Virus record (IMG/VR): IMGVR_UViG_3300025288_000013 | Coordinates: 32,001 to 96,000 of that record | DNA from: a virus | Length of the DNA: 64,000 nt | Direction: 5' to 3' (one strand) | Shown: positions 59,760 through 64,000 of the stretch, one piece after another | Layout of the letters: every line of letters begins with the position of its first letter | Position numbering within the stretch: position 1 is the stretch's first letter | Made by a program: the position numbers and the translations under genes | Notes under the pieces: generated by a model | What the model saw: the letters and a program-made list of their open reading frames with translations, nothing else | Told to the model about the DNA's origin: nothing | Database searches by the model: none

Positions 59760-60074
59760 TTAAAATAATTTTGGTTGTTCCATTGATTTTATTAGCTCTA
59801 TTAAAATGTCACCATGACACGATTTTGGTTTGCACCAACAACCAAGTGTTTTATCCTTTAATTCATGTAAATCGTTCAACAAATGCTTACCATCACCATT
59901 GGTTATATATAAACGATAAGATTCAATGGCTTCTTTCCTACTATTAACCATAAATTTTGCCAATGTGGCAGAATCTTTCTTATGTGTGAAAGGATTTCCC
60001 CACTTACTTGGTCTACCAATATAAACATCATATTCATCGGTTTTACAATTAACAACAAGAGTTTTATTCGCCAT
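59760..60074 (-). CDS. DUF4326 family protein (start probably MANK)
   Basis: VYIGRPSKWGNPF...ELKDKTLGCWCKPKSCHGDIL. Confidence 0.85.
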   Translation of the reverse strand: MANKTLVVNCKTDEYDVYIGRPSKWGNPFTHKKDSATLAKFMVNSRKEAIESYRLYITNGDGKHLLNDLHELKDKTLGCWCKPKSCHGDILIELIKSMEQPKLF

Positions 60075-60179
60075 TGTTTTAGTTATTATTTTCATTAGAA
60101 ATAAGGTCAAAGAATTTAGGTAGACACCATAATTATTTTTACCTTTCCTAGAATTCCTCAATTCAAGGTTTATGATTTA

Positions 60180-60207
60180 TAAACCATAACAAAACAGATT
60201 TGTTACA
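60180..60207 (-). promoter_or_regulatory. ECF-type promoter
   Basis: TGTAACAA atctgttttgttatg GTTTAT. Confidence 0.75.
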
Positions 60208-60238
60208 ATAAATAATGTGAATTTAAAGTGTAATAACC

Positions 60239-60850
60239 ATGATGTTGAGTGATCATATAATCAGCGATTTTATAATTCGTTTCTCGGACGATTTCTTTTA
60301 TGATGATGTTAAGAAAAAATTTCAAGATTACTTTGATGAAAATAATGGGATCTTTCGTTCTATCACAGATTCGTTTAACGCAACCATCATTGGTACAAAT
60401 ATTCTTGGGTATGATTCACAGTCAACAAGTCCGCAAGGACACCACAAAGGACAAGTAAGAACATTCCAAAATTCGTTAACCAATATACAAAAACATAAAA
60501 AAACACTTGATGTCAGTTTTGCCCTCAAGTATGGTTTGTTTAATTATTACATGTTATTTGAAAACATCATTCAGTTTAATGAAAATAACATAAATGATGG
60601 TATGGATATATTCTTACCACCGATAATAATGGATATAATTGATTCTAATGGTAACATTATTTATACATACATTTACAAAGAAATACAAGTGGAAAGTTTG
60701 TCTACATTAAGTCTTAAAAAAACTGACAATGGTATAGGATCAAAAGAATTTACATGTTCATTTCGATATAACATACTTGACATAAAAACTTATTTAAACA
60801 AAGACAAATCAAAAAGTTTAAACGATTCATTCAAACACAAATTTAAATGA
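60239..60850 (+). CDS. tail tube terminator / T4 gp3-like protein
   Basis: MDIIDSNGN...YKEIQVESLSTLSL...FTCSFRY; late box at 60208-60215. Confidence 0.5.
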   Translation: MMLSDHIISDFIIRFSDDFFYDDVKKKFQDYFDENNGIFRSITDSFNATIIGTNILGYDSQSTSPQGHHKGQVRTFQNSLTNIQKHKKTLDVSFALKYGLFNYYMLFENIIQFNENNINDGMDIFLPPIIMDIIDSNGNIIYTYIYKEIQVESLSTLSLKKTDNGIGSKEFTCSFRYNILDIKTYLNKDKSKSLNDSFKHKFK

Positions 60851-61203
60851 TAACAATTTTATCAGACAATAGAACCGATCAAAATTATGAACAAAACAAA
60901 TTTGTGATATCAAATCCAATTATCATATATGTTGAACAGATAAAAATGGCTTTACAAAGTGACACGGGTAGTATCATGGGTTCAGAAGATTTTTTTGACT
61001 TAGAAGATTTAGTGTTTGAACAGAATTTAAATGAACAACAAATACAAGACAGAGTTAGACAAACAATATCACATTTTTGTTCATTTTATGAAAATTTTGA
61101 CACAGAGATTGATGTAAGGTTCACAAAAGGAGAAGTTCGTGATATTTGTTTGGTAAATATCACAGTAAATAAAGAACATACATTGAACTTGTTAATTCAA
61201 TAA
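60847..61203 (+). CDS. baseplate wedge protein, gp25-like
   Basis: QIKMALQSDTGSIMGSEDFFDLEDLVFE. Confidence 0.6.
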   Translation: MITILSDNRTDQNYEQNKFVISNPIIIYVEQIKMALQSDTGSIMGSEDFFDLEDLVFEQNLNEQQIQDRVRQTISHFCSFYENFDTEIDVRFTKGEVRDICLVNITVNKEHTLNLLIQ

Positions 61204-61416
61204 AACCCCAAGAGTAATTCCAAGAAATAAAATAACTATTATTGATACCACATATTTGATATTTAATTCTTGTCTGACCCATTTTCTTCTGTTTTTTGTG
61301 AAAGAAAAAAAATTGTATACACAATAAAATGAAATAACAAATAAAATTATGAACAATAACACTAACATCATAAACAAAATAATGATACAACAAACAAGAC
61401 AGTTCTTGTATACCAA
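61192..61416 (-). CDS. small membrane protein
   Basis: Two hydrophobic segments. Confidence 0.45.
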   Translation of the reverse strand: MVYKNCLVCCIIILFMMLVLLFIILFVISFYCVYNFFSFTKNRRKWVRQELNIKYVVSIIVILFLGITLGVLLN

Positions 61417-61787
61417 TCAAATGAAAATATAGAAGTTGTCGTAGTTGATCTATCAAACCAGCCTTTCAAATAAACTGTATTGTTTGATAAAATTTTTCTT
61501 GTTTGATAATAAGCACCATCATGAATAAATGGAAATGATAAAACAAAAGCAATAGAATAATAAACTGTATCAATAATACCATGTGATACGTATATGGCTA
61601 ATATGAGTGGCGTAGCCCATAAAATTCTAACAAAAGTAAAAAGAATATGTATGTTGAATTTCCATTTATCTTTGAATTTTTTATCAAAATCCGCATCATC
61701 ATGAAAAATTTTGGCTTCAATTATACCAAAAGATAATGAAAACCAAATCCAGGTAAAAAAACATATATACATATTATATTGCATCAT
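61368..61787 (-). CDS. membrane protein
   Basis: Multiple TM helices; FPFIHDGAYY. Confidence 0.6.
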   Translation of the reverse strand: MMQYNMYICFFTWIWFSLSFGIIEAKIFHDDADFDKKFKDKWKFNIHILFTFVRILWATPLILAIYVSHGIIDTVYYSIAFVLSFPFIHDGAYYQTRKILSNNTVYLKGWFDRSTTTTSIFSFDWYTRTVLFVVSLFCL

Positions 61788-61794
61788 GATTTAT

Positions 61795-62106
61795 TTATTT
61801 TTTGCTCCATATTTTACTTGGTCTAACATCTATTAACAATTCTCCGAAATGTAATTTCATATGGTTTGTTAAAGACGTAAGTTTTCTGTTGTCTTTACCA
61901 ATCATAATTGATGGTTTATGACTTGTTATTTTTATAACAACTTTAGATTTCTTTTTATAAACTTTGACAGACGTAACATATTGATAAGCCAATAAGTCAT
62001 TTTTTTCCCAAAAATTCATTAATTCAACTCTTATTTGTGCTGAATCAATACTATTAGATTTCCATGTTTTGATGAATGATTTAATTGAACGTTTTAACCT
62101 TTCCAT
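61795..62106 (-). CDS. type II KH-domain protein (ribosomal protein S3 N-domain-like)
   Basis: IKITSHKPSIMIGKDNRKLTSL resembles S3 TIHTARPGIVIGKKGE. Confidence 0.55.
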   Translation of the reverse strand: MERLKRSIKSFIKTWKSNSIDSAQIRVELMNFWEKNDLLAYQYVTSVKVYKKKSKVVIKITSHKPSIMIGKDNRKLTSLTNHMKLHFGELLIDVRPSKIWSKK

Positions 62107-62134
62107 GTTTTAATAAATGTAGTTTAATCTTTTA

Positions 62135-62298
62135 ATTTTATTGAAACGAACAAAAATTGGGCAATTTTGTTCGTTTCAATTGGCTGTCGCACTATTTTAG
62201 TTCTATAAGCACATGATACGCTATGTTTATACTAAATTTCAAGTTTGCTACAAGTAAATTATCTTTGTATCAAGACAAAATACCAACTATCAATTCGT
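62135..62298 (-). ncRNA. candidate structured ncRNA (about 160 nt)
   Basis: ECF-type promoter upstream, hairpin downstream, no ORF, nested complementary segments. Confidence 0.4.
62140..62180 (-). terminator. strong hairpin / probable terminator
   Basis: ATTGAAACGAACAAAA...TTTTGTTCGTTTCAAT inverted repeat. Confidence 0.7.
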
Positions 62299-62304
62299 GT
62301 ATTA

Positions 62305-62332
62305 TAAACTATCCATATCTATTGTTGTTACA
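62305..62332 (-). promoter_or_regulatory. ECF-type promoter
   Basis: TGTAACAA caatagatatggata GTTTAT. Confidence 0.7.
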
Positions 62333-62485
62333 GCATATCTAACATATAAGGTAATAATTTGATTATAAAAATAGCACAATCAAAACAAGGGTCAAATTGT
62401 TTTGAAAATAATAAAACACCAAAATCAAATTTGTGATTGCTTTTGAAATAATGCCATGATGTATGTGAGTTATTTTTTTTATTTT

Positions 62486-62523
62486 TATGTCGCCTATTTT
62501 ATAGGGTTGCATTTGTGACAGTT
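62486..62523. repeat. 38-bp repeat core, copy 3
   Basis: Identical to 3708-3745 and 6491-6528. Confidence 0.95.
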
Positions 62524-62567
62524 CTATATGATTAGAAAGATTCTGCCTTTCTTGAGTGTTTTTTACT

Positions 62568-62595
62568 AAAACCAACAATATTTGATTTTGTTACA
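62568..62595 (-). promoter_or_regulatory. ECF-type promoter
   Basis: TGTAACAA aatcaaatattgttg GTTTTA. Confidence 0.65.
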
Positions 62596-62963
62596 ATACC
62601 ATTTTACCAAATCTTCAGTTTTGTATGAATTTTTGAATATAAAACTGAAGATATAAGAACAATATTTAAAGTTATTATATTAAATTATTGTCAGTTTTAT
62701 AAGCATGATACAACATTGTAACACATTTATAACAAATCTTTGAGTTTTGTTTAAGATTATTGAATTGCATTTTACTGTATCAATACACATTTATAATTAA
62801 GCACAATATATGTCCCTTTTATTGATTTTGTGTTATAGACACTAACATAGCAGAAATATGGTATTAAAATAATGGTAATATAGAGGAGTTTGTGGGAGAT
62901 ATGTCTGACTAATTTGAGTATGGGTGTATACAGATATGTTTAAGAACATATTGTTAATACAAT

Positions 62964-63311
62964 CTATTTATTATTTTGGTGAAACTTTGATATAACCGAT
63001 ATATTATCTTTTCCATAAAGTTCTTCCATAAAACATTTAACATTATCATTTTTACACTGATCAGCAACATATTCAACAAACAATCTGAAATCGTTCTTTG
63101 CTAATGCCAATCCAGCTGATAGACCGACTATATCTATGTGTTTTGAAATGGATGTTATGGCTTCAATAACCTTTATGTTTTTAACAACCTCATCAATTTG
63201 TGATATAGTCATTAATTGTCTTTGTGAATTTGGAAATTCTCTAAGCGATTTGTCATATAATTTCATTTTTTCTAACTCCAATTCTTCAAGATTTTTTGAT
63301 ATGTGTGCCAT
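62964..63311 (-). CDS. hypothetical protein
   Basis: Directly downstream of sigma54-type promoter copy 6. Confidence 0.65.
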   Translation of the reverse strand: MAHISKNLEELELEKMKLYDKSLREFPNSQRQLMTISQIDEVVKNIKVIEAITSISKHIDIVGLSAGLALAKNDFRLFVEYVADQCKNDNVKCFMEELYGKDNISVISKFHQNNK

Positions 63312-63336
63312 TTTTATTAAGTTTATATAAATACAC

Positions 63337-63357
63337 TTGCAAAAATCGTGCCAAGTT
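63337..63357 (-). promoter_or_regulatory. sigma54 (-24/-12) consensus promoter, copy 6
   Basis: AACT TGGCAC GATTT TTGCA. Confidence 0.8.
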
Positions 63358-64000
63358 TTATTTTACCAAATGTCTTACACCATTAATTGTTCTTACCAAT
63401 CTGAACCCCACTTTTGCACACATTTGTTTGAGATATGTTTTTGTTTCCAAATCATTGACATTTATAATCCACAAACCCTTATCGTCTTTCTTAAACTCAC
63501 AATCTTCTGATATCAGTGTTATTAATTTATCTCTTTTGATTCGTTGAGATTTTGTCAAACCCTTAGAATTCGATCTATAATGATTAACAACTTCACTGAT
63601 ATTTGATTGTTTTGATATTGGACAGACAAAAATTTGCTTAACGGCATCAAATACACAGCCAAGACTTATGAGTTCTTTTGTGAACCCCCAATTGTAATCA
63701 TCAAGATTTTCGACAACAAATTGGTCTTTTGATACAACAATTTTCTTTGGTTCAGAAGTTGGTTTATTTTCATTCATAATAATTGGTTGATTAACTTGGT
63801 CCTGTACACAAAACAATTTGTTGAATTTTTGTTGTAAAATTTCATCAGTGTTTTTCTTACTTTTATAACTGATTTGTATCTTGCAATCACCAACAAATAC
63901 ACCAATGAAAGTTGCTCCAAAGTTTGTTGTACATGTTTTACCATTCATTAGAAATTCGTGCTTACCATCTGATGCCTCTGATATGTAAAACAAAGATTTC
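63358..64000 (-). CDS. hypothetical protein (true start probably beyond the right edge of the window)
   Basis: Frame is open to the window edge; contains a domain paralogous to 52227-52505. Confidence 0.6.
   Translation of the reverse strand, partial: KSLFYISEASDGKHEFLMNGKTCTTNFGATFIGVFVGDCKIQISYKSKKNTDEILQQKFNKLFCVQDQVNQPIIMNENKPTSEPKKIVVSKDQFVVENLDDYNWGFTKELISLGCVFDAVKQIFVCPISKQSNISEVVNHYRSNSKGLTKSQRIKRDKLITLISEDCEFKKDDKGLWIINVNDLETKTYLKQMCAKVGFRLVRTINGVRHLVK

Noticed and set aside
1-64000. Stop-codon reassignment as in some large Bacteroidota phages
   Set aside because: Genes are full length and densely packed under the standard code, and both TAG and TGA end genes at overlaps with the next start.

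Overview
AT-rich 64 kb segment of a large T4-like (myovirus-type, probably jumbo) phage. The host is most likely Bacteroidota, inferred from A-rich leaders without Shine-Dalgarno sequences and from DUF5675 lysin and PID-CTERM-like genes. It holds scattered T4-like virion genes (portal N-terminus, gp5, gp14, gp17, gp4, gp19, gp3, gp25, fibres), replication and nucleotide genes (primase, DEDDh exonuclease, HU, guanylate kinase, MazG-like), a lysis module, and a block of small minus-strand accessory genes at 46.5-64 kb. Two systems stand out. (1) A three-tier promoter hierarchy can be read directly from the DNA. Six copies of a consensus sigma54 (-24/-12) promoter, TTGGCACGATTTTTGC(A/T), precede accessory genes and a phage-encoded sigma70/ECF-like factor. 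Thirteen copies of an ECF-style promoter, TGTAACAA-N15-GTT(T/A), precede mostly non-virion genes. An ATAAATA(A) T4-late-like box precedes virion genes. (2) A PurA homologue carries the diagnostic PurZ substitutions, suggesting a 2-aminoadenine (Z) genome in a T4-like large phage, with a phage guanylate kinase nearby. Other candidates are a tRNA-like RNA whose anticodon arm is replaced by a GAAA-capped hairpin, a promoter/terminator-bounded structured ncRNA, a 38-48 bp triple repeat bracketing a tape-measure-like gene, and a NUDIX-carrying protein punctuated by LTE protease-like sites. All protein calls come from motif recognition by eye; no searches were run.
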